Shown one piece after another: positions 46,423 through 60,699 of a stretch of DNA of 63,388 nucleotides. Below the pieces are notes generated by a model. The model searched no databases and had not been told where the DNA came from. It was given only the letters and a program-made list of their open reading frames with translations. The stretch covers positions 1 through 63,388 of the forward strand of contig SNRW01000002.1 in assembly GCA_008636045.1 (NCBI GenBank), in the 5' to 3' direction. Each line of letters begins with the position of its first letter. Position 1 is the stretch's first letter. Both the position numbers and the translations under genes were made by a program. This DNA is from Streblomastix strix (lineage: Eukaryota).

Positions 46423-49400
46423 TCATTTTTCATTCATCTTTCGTAGCTACATTTTTAGATAATTTATATCTTTTTCCAACTATTCAGTTCTACATGTAAT
46501 CTCCTCTTTTCTTTTTCTTACATGAGCAAAGAGTGTTCTACTTGAGCTATTGCTTGTCATACGACCTAGTTCACTCATTAATTAGCTTAAAAAAATATTG
46601 ATAAAGTAATGAATAAATAAAAATGAACAGCTCAAACCTTAATTCTACTTATTTATCTCGTAATGCAACACTTGTACTTTTTTATTATTAAATATCAATA
46701 GCTGTTGTATCATCAGTCCCAAAAGGTGTATGAATTGGAGTTTTTAATGGAGTTTATGGTTTAATTGGTTGAGTTTCGCTTAGAGCTTATTGAGATTCAG
46801 TAAAAAATGATTAAGATCTCCTGTGAAATTTGTTATAAGGCTGTGATTGCTGTTGATTGTTTGTGAATTAAGAATTAGTAGGAGAAGATGAAGAAGGGTT
46901 TGTTAGTGATTGAATATTAATTCTTGGAGGAGAAGAATAAGATCCATCAACGAATAATGAAGATGAACTCAGTTACTAATTATTATCTCTTCTACCTCTC
47001 CCATATCTTGGTTATTAACACTCTGTATGTAATCCAATTGAAAGTGGAGAACTTGGAGATTTTTCAATTGAATTGACTATATTTGTATTTGAAGATGAAG
47101 TGATTTATGGATTTTATATTTAATGTGGAAGTGGAGTCAATGAATTTGTCATTTCATTCACAATTAATGGTTTTTATTGGGAACGGTGTTATGAATTCGG
47201 TGAAAGATCTTATTATAGCTATGTTGATGTTTTTTACTATAGATTTTAATTCTAATTTAGAAATATATATTAAAAAGAATTGGATATAAAATCATTCAAA
47301 TTATATTAAAATAAAATAAATAATAATTACCTTTCCAAAAGAATTAAAATCATTGAACGATTTAGATTAAGAAATTGCTTTATTATCTTTTATTATATTG
47401 TAGCTATCTTAATTTGATGTACTTGGAAATTAGGAAAATGAAAATGTAGCAAAAGGAGGTTTATTATGAATCTAACTTTATGATTAAGCTCTTAATGGTC
47501 TTGATGGTGTTGAAGGAGTCTATTATTTTATTTATTATTAATAATATTAATCTTATTATTTATCTTCTTATATTTACTATATTTTATTCAATGATCTTGA
47601 ATATGGTTATAATTAAGATAGTTACTTATTTAACTATTCAAATTATTATTATTGTTATTATTATTTGGATAATACTTAAACTTACTTATTAATATAAATG
47701 TCATTATTTCTATTATTATCATTCTCTGTATTTTAAATATTTTCATCTTAAATTAGAGACTAGTTGCATTGTAATGAATCTTATTATTATCTTTATACTG
47801 TCTGACCATTTAGAATTTAATTTCTTTGTGCTTCTCTTAATTATAATTTTAATTATCTAATATCATTAGCTGATTAAGCTCCTCTTTCTCTTTCTTCTGA
47901 TAATGAAATTAGACTTTTACGCCATTCTGATTCAAGCTCACTATATGAAATACTAACTTATTCTTTTTCAATTTTCAACTATGCTACTTATTATTCTAAC
48001 ATATGAGTTTAATGAATAGATTATTATCCTTTCAATGCTTCATCTCTTGCTTAATCTCTTTCTCTTTTTAATTGATTATTTTCTTATTAATATTAATCTG
48101 CAACTTCAGCTGCTCTTCTTTAATCTCTTTATTCACGCTCTAACATCTATGCAATATCAAATGAAGCTGATTCAGATTCCCTTCTTCTTATTTCTGCATC
48201 ATTGGCTCTATGTTATATTTCTTAATCTAGTTAATATTTCATATCATCAAATCTTTTTTAAATTGATCTTGTTTATTCTTCAGATTAAATGAGAGATTAT
48301 TCAATATTTCTTTTCTTTTCTTCCATCTCTTTAATTTCTTCAGTTAATTTGATCTTCTGTTCAAATAATTATTATTTCTCGAATTATATACGCTTTTTCT
48401 CATTTTGATATTAATTAATTTTTTCTTCTAAATCTTATTATTTATGTTTATAATTACTCTCTGACTTCTTTAAAGATTCAATTTATAACTTCATTATCTC
48501 TTATTATTATGTTTATTCTATCGATTATCTCTTTTCTTCTTATAATAGCTTTTTTAATTCGGATGTTTCTCTTTATTAAATTGGATTCTTTACATTCTTT
48601 AATGCTTATTCTGCTTCTTATAATTATTTAGTTAATATTTCAATTGTTTCTTTATCCTCTTTTCCTTTTATTTACTAAATTAATTTTAATGAGTCAGGAG
48701 ATAAAGGAGTTTAACTTGTTAATTATTATGAAGATTAAAATGTTGAAATTGAGTGTAATTTAGAAGATTATGCTGAAAGAAGAGTATTTGTATGTCCATT
48801 CTCTATTTCTTATTCTTTCTCTTTGTTCTTATCATTTGCTTTTAACTTATCTTACCATTCTTTTATTTTTTCATCCATTTATTAATCTTTTTATTTAACT
48901 CTTTAATTAGCTTATTTCAATGATTCGGTCAACTCTTCAATTGATTACTACTAATTATTGCATTTATTCTACAATATTTTTATTTTATAAAGTAATTGTT
49001 GTTCTTTCTTTGAATATTATATATCATCTTCATCATCTTTAACAAAATTATCATTTTCATTACTATTATTTCTTAATTTTGTATTACTTAATGAATGAAT
49101 ATTTAAATTTGAATTGTTTTTAGTCATATTTAACTAATTTATATTAAATTTTTTATTATTAATATTATTTAGCTATTATTTAACAATCTCTGTTTAATCA
49201 TATTATTTCTTATCTGATTACTAATCTTAAGATAAAATTTTATTAACATGAATATTTTCATTTGAAATAGTTTATTATTTGTTTTCACATGATAATTTAT
49301 TCTAATCCTAAGTTTCATTGAAAGATTTTTCGTTACTATCATCATCTTCTTCTACTGCTTCTTCTTAAATATTATGCTTTTCATCATATTATTAATTGAC

Positions 49401-50283
49401 TTTATTATTTTAACAATTTTCATCTATTTACTCTTCATCATCTTCACTATCCAAAGAGATTTTCTTTTTAAATATTACTTTCTTATTTAATGATGTAAAT
49501 TAATTATCCATAATTTTATTTAACTAATCTATCTTTTTCATATTTTATTCTTCACTATTTTATATTTTATATCCTTAATTTTAATTTTAATTTTCATTCT
49601 TCACATTCATTTATAAATTTAATTCTTTATCTAATAAATCTTCTTTAATATCACTTTCTTCTTTATTCACTTTTTATTACCTTTCATTTATTATTTAATT
49701 CTTATAATTTCTTTTATATGAAATATTATTCAATTTTCTATATGATGATTCCTGCGGATATTCATTTATATTAATATGAATATTTTTCTGTTATTATGAA
49801 GTTTAAATTTGAGAACATTGGCTACTTTCTTATTCTTCTTATTGCTCAATCATGCTATTATCTTTATTATCTTCTTCTATTCTTTATAATTCTTATTCTT
49901 ATTCTTGTTCTTCTTCTTATTCTTATTCTTATTCTTATTCTTATTCTTATTCTTATTCTTATTCTTATTCTTCTTCTATTTCTTATCCTTCTTCCTCTTC
50001 TTATTCTTCATCATCATCTTCATCATCATTTTCATCATCATCTTATTCTTCTTCATCATCTTCATTAAAAGATTCATCTTGAGGAATAATAATCTATTCT
50101 TATTTTAATCTTTGTTAATGTAAAATGAGCATTTTTCTTTCTTCTTGTAATTTCTCTAATTGCATCAAACGCTCATTTTGTCGAATTTTCCCTAATTTTT
50201 AAGAGTATAAATAAATTTATTTTTAAATTAAATATTAACAAACGATCATTCAACTCGTTTTACATTAATATATCTTTAAATTC
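46423..50283 (-). CDS. Coiled-coil protein with acidic/EQ repeats and a C-terminal enkurin/MPHOSPH9-like helical hairpin; 5' end not resolved
   Basis: Long E/Q/K-rich exon at ~47330-50190. C terminus PFGTDD...LRDKQVELSQLMSELGRM...RKRKEEITCRTEQLEKDINYLKMQLRKMNEK*, stop TGA at 46423-46425. Confidence 0.65.
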
Positions 50284-50741
50284 TAAAAAAATAAAATAAA
50301 AAGATCAATAAATTGTATAATAAATGTAGTATTTAATTGAACTAAATTAATAATACAGTAATATATTTAAATTTTGAGTGTATAATTACTTAATGATGGA
50401 ATTTAGAGAGATAATTCAAATTAAAATAAAAAATTTTATATTTTCTGCAATTTGTTGTTATTTTGAATATAAAGATGAGTTTTAAACAGAATTAAATGTA
50501 AAAATAAATATTTAACAAAATAAAAATACAAAAATATTTGAAACTTAAGAGAAATTGTTGTATGATAGAATATTGTGAATATATTATCTCCGAACAGTTT
50601 CCATAACATATATGTTCAATATTTAAAGTTATTTATATTCATTTACGTCAAATGTATTGTTAATAATACTATTCACTTTCTATTTATCTCAAAATATATT
50701 ATTGGTATTTTTTGACCCCGCTTCATCATAAGTACATTAAC

Positions 50742-52827
50742 AATATCTGACATAATAGGTTAAAATTTGCTAATATATTTTACTTAAATTCTGAATCAAT
50801 AAAATTCCCATAAATAATTTTTGATCGATCTGACGTTCAAATTTAGAGTGGATATGTTATCCAATATATCAGTGTCGTAGTACTCCAATGCTTTCAAGTA
50901 CCATATGGCATATAATGGTTTTAACACCAATGTGGACTATAGTTTTGAGTGCACTGACAAATCAATTGAATTTATATAATGTTATTGGGGAGCTATAGTG
51001 GATAGCTATATTGAATAAGATAATAAGAAAAGTAGAGACTCAAACAATTATGTCTCAATTAATGATCATGGTTATTTTAAAAAAAATATTCAAAAATTAA
51101 CAATATTTTTTGTGTAATGCACGATTCACATGGAAAAATTGACTAACATTTGATTGAATAAATAATAAATTAGGCTATTCTAAAGATAATGTACTTCCAT
51201 GTTGTTTAAATTTTAACAAAAATAAAGCTAACTGTGATAAAAATAAACAAAATTATTGATATAATTAAGAAATATGCGTATTTTAAGCAATTACCAATGA
51301 CATTAACGAGTGATGAAGGGTATCAATTATTATGTAAGGGTATTACAGGAAGTATATCAAATAGAATGCATAGATACAATATAGCTGGTGAAACAAAAAT
51401 TAACCATTTTGAATATAATAAGGAGAACAAATATGTATATTCAATAGATTCTGATTACGTTTAAACACATGCAGTTCAACTAGAATTTCATAGATAATAT
51501 TTAGGTGTAATGAGTGGAGAAATAAATATATTAAATCCATGCACTAATCATATCAAATATATGTCTGCATAATTGATTGAAAGAATATCACTTTAAGATA
51601 AGTGCAAAGAATTAATGTATAACTATAATCGATTCTCCTGCGATACATTAGTAATTGATAAAATGTTAATAATTGAAGCTGAAGTTAGAGGTCACACTGA
51701 CGAAATATGTGTTAATGAAATTATCAGTAGGGGTCCAATGCTATATAAAATTTATAGAACAGCTAACAAAGAAACAACTGGATAATTTATGCATAATCAT
51801 CTAGAAGATCATTAATTTTCTCACGTTAAAGTTGAACAAAAATTAAAAAAAAATTATTAATATAAATAATTAAATAATGTCGATTAATAGTTTTTATTTA
51901 AGGAAACTAATGGATACATGTCATTACGTAATTAATGAGATAGTTAATGTAGCAATATTCATCAAACATTCAAATTTCAACTCATTTGTGAAGAAATTTA
52001 TGAATCTTTGATAACCAACAAAAGATGTTTAAAATGAAGGATTGGCATAACTCTGTAAGTTAATATTGAATTCGACATTTGGTCGAGATGCATTGAATAG
52101 TGAGAAATACTCTAATACAATGTTACTCTCAGCTAATAAGATATTCATTCAATATATGTTAGGTGGATTCATCAATTTTAAAGAATTAAATGATGAGTTT
52201 TATGCATAGCAAATTTATTAGGAAAACTGTCGACGTAATACATATTTATAAGTTACTTATTTTGTATTACATTCTGCGAAATTTTGGCATGTTAATTTCA
52301 CCCATAACTTCATTCATAAGGCGTATGATATGAAACATATACATTTTATTCAAGGTGATATTGATAGTTTGACATGGGCTATTAGCGATGATAAAAATCA
52401 AGGTCTTTATAAGTTATTCGTCGCAGAGATTAATGGTTAGTAGCATTTTGATTAATTCAAGGATAGTGCATATTGTGATAATAATAAAAAATAAATATTT
52501 CACGCTGGTATAGAAAATTACGGTAATAATTGTATAGCTCTTAGTCCAAAGAATTATATTAACAATAATGATATAGTCTTTAAAGGTGTTATATTGGACT
52601 AGAATCCATCTGTTAATAAGCAATCATCCATGTAATGTATTAAAAAGGTAAATTTATAACATCCATTAATACAATATTGAACAAGCATAAAAGCATTATA
52701 AGTAGGTTCAAAATGGAGAAAAATGAAATTAATGTTTGGCACTCCAAAATGTTAGTATTTTCGAATCAATTATGCTTACATTTTTATTTATGGAATTAAT
52801 GCAGATAAATATTTTGTGAGATAATGA
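50742..52827 (+). pseudogene. Protein-primed family B DNA polymerase with embedded HNH nuclease domain (5'-truncated, frameshifted)
   Basis: HNH-like LTFD*INNKLGYSKDNVLPCC; KGITGSISNRMHRYNIAGET; motif A-like QLEFHRQYLGVM; motif B KLILNSTFG; motif C IQGDIDSL; CIALSPKNY. Confidence 0.85.
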
Positions 52828-53173
52828 ATACATTGATTAATTTATTTTTGTTCAATCGAAATTAGAGAATGAGAAATAAAAATGTATAATTGGAAAACTC
52901 GACTAATGCTTATTATCAAAGAATGAAAATAGAGCACTATTTTAATTAATAATGCAATTATAAGATATAATAGATGGATTGAATTAATGTTAAGATGAAT
53001 TTGAAACAAAATCTAATACTTTAGATCATGACAAATCAATGAAAAAGTTATTAAAGTATACATGCAAAAAAATTACCATAAAAAAAAATAAAATGCCAAA
53101 ATTTTGGTTGTTTTGAGCCAGATCATAGATCACTATTTTATTAGTTCTATGATTCAATTTATTTATTATAAAC

Positions 53174-54946
53174 ATGGGACATAAACGAGTATCTAAGCGT
53201 TCACAGTTGTCAAGAAGTTCAATTAGGGGACAATCAACTCTCTAGGCTGCCGTTATCGCGCTGCTGTTGATATTTCCAGGTTAAATTACTTTGCCTGCGA
53301 GGGACTTCAACATCACAGCATAGTAGTGCTACAAAATGGTCAGATCATACTATCGTTAAACTGTGTATCTCAATGAATATCACAGAAACGCATCATATCT
53401 TGCATTAGAACGTCAACACAATCTTGCAGCTTCCTTGTTTTCAAGAATTGAGTAATATGAACCAATTACTTTGATAAATTTCAGGGATTTGCTCATTTAG
53501 CAACACAGATAAGAACGAGAGGCAGCTGTAAAACGTGCTCTTCAACTGGGATTTTCAACAATAGCGGACGAATTCAGGGTAAATCTTCCTGACCCTTCTC
53601 TTCAGTATGTAAGAAACTTTGCATAAAGGTTCAGAATTACTTTTACCATACAATCTGGTAAATTTGTAGGTAGAAAACAAGCTTCCTACGCTTCTAACAT
53701 TCTAAATTGGTTAAATAACGTACATTCCAAGGAATTAGTTGAGGGAGTGCTGCCCAGAGCTATCTATAATATGGATGAAGCTAACTGCAATTTTAATATA
53801 AGGGAGAGGACAGCAAAAAGAGTTGGATCTAAGAGAAGTACCACTCAAATCGTAGAAAATGTTCCTAATCATATATCTCTTGTATAGACAATTTCAGCAG
53901 GAGCTCGTTCGCCACCTTCTTATTTCATCATTGGAGAATTATAAAAAGTTCCTTAGTCTCTGGTTGATTTGCATGCTGCTGAGGAAGTACTTTTTTCGAC
54001 AAGTACTACGAGTTTCATGATATAAGACACATTTAGACAGTGGGTCAGAGTATTTTGCACATGGATACATAAATAAAAACAAATGAAATATCTGAATTAA
54101 AATGAGACAATATTATTTTTATTGGTCGAGTACAAGTCCAGGAACGATGAAACTGCAAAACAACTTCTTGAGGAAGAGGGAATCACTACCGACATACTAC
54201 CTGGATCACTGACGCACATTTTGCAACCTCTTGACAGTGTTGTCTTTCGTTAATTCCGAACGTATTACAGCTCCCGACTATTAAGATAGGGATAAAAATT
54301 ATATAATAATAATGAAATCAACTTGATAATGAATAAGAATAAAAATTAATCAAATTAACTAGTGAAGACAAGAGAATTGTGTGCGTGCAAGCTGCAATAA
54401 ATGCTATATAAATGGCATCTACGATAAACAACAGACTTTCTAGCTTTGAGACTTGTGGAATCTTTCCAAGATCTCTACTTAGTGCATCGACACTTGACGA
54501 AGTAGTACAGGATTAATTAGTTCCCAAGTTTCCAAAAGGCAGAATATTTAAATCTACCCCAATCTCTTCAACTGAAATGACAAAGATTAGAAGGAAAAGA
54601 TATAATGAAATTGAAGATAATTAAGAAAAAGATTCATATATTAGTTGTGAAAATATTTTATAAAAAGAAATAATTCAAGGCACAAATTCAAAAGGTGTAA
54701 AATGAATGCGTATTTCTAAATGTAAGAATGAATCTGAAACTATATAGCATCCAACTTAAAAAGTCTAAGAATTACATTCATAGCGTCCTTATGATATGAA
54801 CGACAAAAACAAAGACAAAAATCTAGTGCAGGTTGACATTCAACTACTAACAGAATAGCTCAGTGAACATGGAATGTTCATTCGGAACAATCGAGGTGAT
54901 GGTAACTGTTTGTTCCAGTTTGCATAAATAAATATAAATAATAATT

Positions 54947-54985
<39 letters not shown>

Positions 54986-55405
54986 CATTTAATATTATTT
55001 ATCAAATTTTCAATATATATGTATCAAACAAGTGCTCTTAATGACCAACTTGGAGGAATATTTCATGATGATTTATCCTTAAGTGAAATGATTGTCGACT
55101 ATCTCGTTGAGCATGAGGATCGTTATCAAGATTATTTCGATGACACCGAGTCATTGCAATAGTATGCTACTAAAATGCGAGTAAATGGAGAATATGGCGA
55201 AGGTTCCCTGTTTGGCGCAATTACAGATATGTTTGATGTATAGTTGGAGATTTTAATGCCATACGAGACAGTATTCGTAGAAGGTCAGCATCATCCTCGA
55301 ACTCTTCGTCTCGCATATATTGGCCACATTCACTACATGACTGTAAGACTAGGATTCAAATATGAGTTTAATGTAATTGTGTTAATAAACGCATATATAC
55401 TTTGA
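53174..55405 (+). pseudogene. pogo-like DDE transposase fused to a C-terminal OTU cysteine protease
   Basis: IYNMDE; LFLLVEYKSR (second Asp lost); LPGSLTHILQPLDSVVF. After a frameshift at ~54300-54360 it reads SSFETCGIFP and, in that same frame, RGDGNCLFH/intron 54918-55032/ALNDQL...YATKMRVNGEYGEG...LRLAYIGHIHY. One TGA at 54703. Confidence 0.8.
54952..54982. repeat. (TA)n microsatellite in the OTU-domain intron
   Basis: Pure TA run. Confidence 0.85.
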
Positions 55406-56629
55406 TTTTTAGATTATTTCATTTTTTTCTTTTTTTCCTGAAATTCCCAAAGACAGTGATTAAAATAATAGTATTTAACTTTATAAATAATTAAAGTATT
55501 TAAAAATAATTACTAAAATATTAAAAAAATCAATTTATTAAATCTCAAATAGTAATTATTATGAATTTTTAATTTTTTTTTAAAAAATATTTATTTCTCC
55601 ATGTATATGCATTATTGAATAATATTACATTAAATTCAATAATATTATGTATATATAATACCAGTTGACTAGCATATTAGTCATATATTATAACGGAAAT
55701 AACTTTAAAACACAATTAAAATCATGCGCGAAATATCTAAAATTTTGGCATTTTTTTTTATTAGTTAAGGTATTTTTTCTTGCCTGAAAATAATGAATGA
55801 GATAATAGGACATAATATTGAAAATGTTTAATAAAATAAATTATATAATGCATTAGATGAATATAATGATGTAAAAATAATTTTAAGGACGAATTGAAAG
55901 ATTTTGTAGAGAAGATAGATGAATGATGGATAACTAATAAATTTATTTTTAGCTAATAAAATGCCTGTCTTTAAACCATTTTCTGCAAATATAACCGTTG
56001 CTATTGACGCATTTGAATCTTTGAATATTAATTGGAAGGAGAATTAGAAAATTATATATGAAGCAGATATTAACTATGCATGCATGAGTACGATCTGCCG
56101 TTGATCATCACAAAATTTTTACTAAGAAATGAGTAGACTTCCTCAAACAATTATAGACTAAATTTATTAATCACTAATAGTAAGATTTACATAAAATGAT
56201 GAATAGATAGTATTTAAAGCATAAAATATGGAACAGTAACTCACACGAATTGCAAATTCAAATAACTAAATAAAATTTTTTGCAGAGTATGTATCTAATA
56301 TGCATATAGCACCTAGTAAAGCGGAATCAAATACATTAATTAAACACACTGATGAAATATGGACTGGTGGAAGGAGTCATATGCAATTATTCTAAGAATA
56401 TTAAACTAAAACATAAAAGTATGATGCATCATTGAAATGTGTTAAATCAATCTGAAGATAAGATACCAACAGATCATATGTTACTGATTAAATCAAGCGA
56501 ATCGACTAACCCTCAACACTGTTCTCAACATTTCCATTCAAATAAAAGATCATATAAATTGAAAATATTAATAATGAAAAGATAATAAATCTAACATAAA
56601 TCTAAACCATCAACATGAAGCCATTAAAT

Positions 56630-57240
56630 AAACTTTAACGTCCATATTTCTCTCCAAAATTAGGATCATGGGAAATGATCTTCTTTTCTGTACCAATCCC
56701 ATCATTCAAAAATGAAAACAATATTTTTTTGCTATCATCATTAAAACAAAATATTTTGGTAGTGATTCCATTAATTATGGATGAAATGAATGTAAGAAAT
56801 ATACTAAATATGTTTACGAAGCTCATAAAATAGGTATATGTTAATATTATAAGAGGAGATAGATAGATTGGATTTAAAGCAAATATCATTAAGAGGTTTC
56901 GCAAAGAAAAAAGTATAATATTTTATTTTACTGGTTCTCAATTAAAGTATTATATTAGAATTGCTGATAGTGTCATTCGTACAATCAGAAATGGATTTGG
57001 TTAAGATTTATTTGGGTTTGCGAAACCACGTTAAGTGCAATTAATGGTTGAGATTTATATTTAAACACCACTTCTAGCATTCTTGTACTAATTCACACTG
57101 AAGAAAGCGTAGAATAATTGAGAATTAGAACGTTTATTCATACGATCGAAATAAACTAAATTGGAATGGGTAATGTTAAGATAATTATAGGAGAATTTGT
57201 TATATTTCAAGAGAGGAAATATATTAATGGTTCACTCATG
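56630..57240 (+). pseudogene. Retroviral-type (rve) integrase remnant, Polinton-like
   Basis: RPYFSPKLGSWEM...IIRGDRQIGF...ADSVIRTIRNG...MVEIYIQTPLLAF...GNILMVH. Catalytic motifs eroded. Confidence 0.65.
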
Positions 57241-57321
57241 CTTTTTTTAGATTATTAAGTGAATTTTAAATGTAAAGAGGATAGTTCCGTTAGTTAGCAA
57301 CACTTATGAATTATAAAAATA

Positions 57322-57517
57322 CAGTAGAACTCGGTTAATTCGTACGCCGTTTAATTCGTACCTCAGCTTAATTCGTATGTTTTTTTTGAAAAAACATTAG
57401 AGAAAAAAAATATTTTTTAGAAAAATATTTCAAAATCAAATAGAAAATTCGAATTAAGTTTAATTCAGATTCACATTTTCAGAAAAAGTCACCCTACGAA
57501 TTAGCAGAATTCTACTA
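57322..57517. mobile_element. pogo/Tigger-type MITE (196 bp) with TA target-site duplication
   Basis: TA|cagtagaactcggttaattcgta ... tacgaattagcagaattctacta|TA forms an imperfect TIR pair. Three tandem ttaattcgta motifs at the left end. Confidence 0.8.
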
Positions 57518-58469
57518 TAATAATATAATACATAGACCTTTGATTCTAATCGGTAATATTAATATTAATGTATTCCCTATTAATGATTGAAAAAATTTTT
57601 TAGTGAAGACATAAATTCATTATCATTAAGCTATAAATGCGAATATAATATTACTGTTTGACTATTTTTTTAAAAAGTAAATACAAAAATTTAATCAACA
57701 AAAATAAAATCCGAAATAAAGCAATAGATCCGCTAAGTAAAAACTGAATCAAGAAGAGAAATCGATCGAATATGCTCTTTATGATTTTGTTGATTTTTCA
57801 GCAACTAATCCTGCAACTGATTTATCAAAATTTGCATAAAAAATCGAACGAGAACAAACTGAATTAAGAAGAAGACCTAAAAAAATGCACCTCGTAAGAA
57901 TTTGCAAAATGTATCACAGCTGAACAACGTTCACTTACTCAATAGCGATATAGAATACAATCCTAAAACTTCAGTGCTTAAGTAAAAACATATAATTACT
58001 CTTGATACGACGTTTATAGAAAACTGACATAACAAAAATGCAAGATCTACTACAAATAAATGTTATTTTAGAACAAAATGAAGTTATATAAGTGATTAAT
58101 TATAAATGATGATTTAGCTTTTTTTTCTGAGATAATGTATGACTTAATGTGTGAGTTGATATATTTATTTATTTTTTATTGAAATGAATTACATAATAGA
58201 AGAAGATAAATGACCAGTACTGGATAGATTAACAAAGAAATAAGATGAATTGGATAAAGATGAAAAACGTGACGATTAGTCAATCTTCATATTTGGGAAA
58301 GCAATGAATGATATTATCAATAATTTATTAATAAGCAATTAATATTCAAAAAAGAAATAGTACGATCTTAAATAATTTATTTCCGCACTAATTTTCATGC
58401 TAATAGTTACGTTAATCTTAACATATATATAAGAAATTTGTCCAAACTAAGTTAATTATCTATTTCGTT

Positions 58470-60670
58470 AGCTGCACAAGGTTGCGCAGGGTCTTTACGG
58501 TGTAATTTTTCTTTAAAATGTGCTATGGCGTGGATAATTGATAATTAATGTCCATATGTGCAGGGTGCGCACTATGCACAGGATAAATTGAAAGCAGTTG
58601 AAGTAGACGGACTGTTTTTCCATTTAAAAATTTAATTATATATTGGACATTTTATGTCTTTATCTCATAGCGCTAAACAATACATCGATTTCACATTGAT
58701 ACTGTCTTTAGCTGTCCATCAACTTAATTATAAAATCTCTGACCTTGTGTAGATAGGCATTTCCCAATAATTTTCTATAATTCATAAATTCGATACTTTC
58801 ATAATGAAAACATTTTCATTGCATAGAACTCAACACATTTCAGTCATTCAGGGTTATTGTTTTTTACTTGACTTCATACATATTTTAAATATAGAAATAA
58901 ATATGTAAACTCAATAAAAACTCCGTAAATAGTGTAAAATATTATTAATTTTTATTTATTTTAGCACTGTTTGAATACAAAATTGCATACTAGTATTAAT
59001 TAATACTATATAATCACTTCTTAGGAGTAGCGTTAAGTGGACCGAATTTGGATAAGCGCCTGCGTCTCTTTGGTTTCACCAATGAAACAGGCATTGCAAC
59101 AATGTCAGCTTGAATTTTTTTGATCATTGTATCTATAGATTCTTAAATGAACTATTCAACCAGCTTCCCATTTAGCACAACTGTGGTGACGGCTCGGGCT
59201 TGAAAAATATTCCCAATTGATAACAGCTTCGGTGACTTCTGTGTGGCATCGATTATGTGTGCTGCTGTTTATTCTATTGATAGTTTTGATATTTCAGCAT
59301 GCTCCTGCTAAAATGCCAGCTTTAATGAACCGAAAATTCTCAAATCGCAGTGTTGTAACAAATGAGTGCTATTAGGTGGTAGTTTCAACAAAAGTATATA
59401 GTTTGCATATAAAAAATCTCTAACTACTTATGTACAGAGCAATGATGCATTATCTGTCAGAAATGTGCAAGCAGCTGTTGCTGGCAAACTATTCTTTTTT
59501 TTACCATCTTTGAAATAAGGAATTAATATTTCCCGGACCTATCGTATCATCCATTGCGTGATCATCATGCAGGTATTTGATTGCACCAAAGTATCATTTT
59601 AATTTTATATGATATTATTTCTGAGAAGTTCTATTTCATCAAATTATTTCGATGTGATCAAAAATTGTCGTAGCTTTTCACTATTTAGTGTCACAACGAC
59701 TATCGCAGATACTCTAGGCTCACTTCTATCTACTGGAAATTGAATATCTGCATCTTTAGCTGAGATTAGGATAATAACACACTATGGTCAGGAATCAGTG
59801 AAGGCCTAAATTCCGATTTCATCCTCGTTTATAAGCATACAGGCGAGTTTACCTTGCATAAACTGGTTCAGATTATTAGCATACTGTTGAATTGCAGGTA
59901 TTTAAACTGACATTTTTTGAACATATCTTTACTATTCTTCTTTAATTATTTGGTACTTTAGATTTCTGTTAACAAAGTAATGATGAAAGTTTGTCGAAAC
60001 GATTAGCTTCCATCTTTTATAAATTTCCCCTATTAATTCTTTTGGTACAGTTGCTGTATAATCTTTGTTATATTTGTCTTTAATCCATTTCACTAGTTTT
60101 TTTCTTATGCATAAACCAACTTTTTATTTTTTTTTCTTTTTTCAGTAGTTTTGATTCAGCTTTCTTGAATTAATAAATTGTTTAATGCATCCAACTGGTC
60201 CCCCTAATTGAAAATCTGTGACTCATTTTATTTTATGAACCTTAATAAGAACAAGAACTCTATCTGCTCTTTGAAATTTTGGCGAATTTTCCATTCGCGC
60301 CATTTCTGCTCTCAGCAGAAGCTCATCGCTTAATAATATTCGAATTTCACCTGTCTTTCTCCTAACATGAACTTTCTTTGCTCTTACCATTAATTCGAAT
60401 AAAAATATGAAAAAGTTCTGGAAAAATTGTTATTTTATTTAGGGTTTTAAGCAAAAATAAAGTCCTATTGGTCAAATAAAAAGCATTAACTATGAATGAA
60501 TGTAATGCTCAAATTGAAAATTGTTCAAAATGTCCGATTGTCCGTCAACTTTAGGGAGAATTTTGTGATCCTGTGCACCAGGTGTACTCTGTATAGATAG
60601 AGATTTCAATCAATTTCTCTATGATTCCTGATCAAAAATAAAATTAATTGATCACCCTGCACACGGTCAT
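58470..60670 (-). mobile_element. Second pogo-type DNA transposon, degenerate TIRs; boundaries approximate
   Basis: Inverted similarity between ~58555-58655 (cagggtg..tgcacaggat..aagtagacggac..ggacatttt) and ~60527-60595, flanking a DDE transposase. Confidence 0.55.
59014..60390 (-). pseudogene. pogo-like DDE transposase, disrupted
   Basis: MVRAKKVHVRRK...; LINEDEIG; FPVDRSEPRVSAIV; FLTDNASL; LPPNSTHLLQHCDLRIFGSLK. Several internal TGA. Confidence 0.8.
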
Positions 60671-60699
60671 TACATGATAAATATTCGATTTCTTCTTTC

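Larger units (their letters stand above)
53061..55786 (+). mobile_element. pogo-type (Tc1/mariner superfamily) DNA transposon with imperfect TIRs
   Basis: Left end TA|catgcaaaaaaattacc...aaaatgccaaaatttt matches the reverse complement of the right end aaaattttggcatttt...ggtattttttcttgcctg. It encloses a DDE transposase. Confidence 0.75.
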
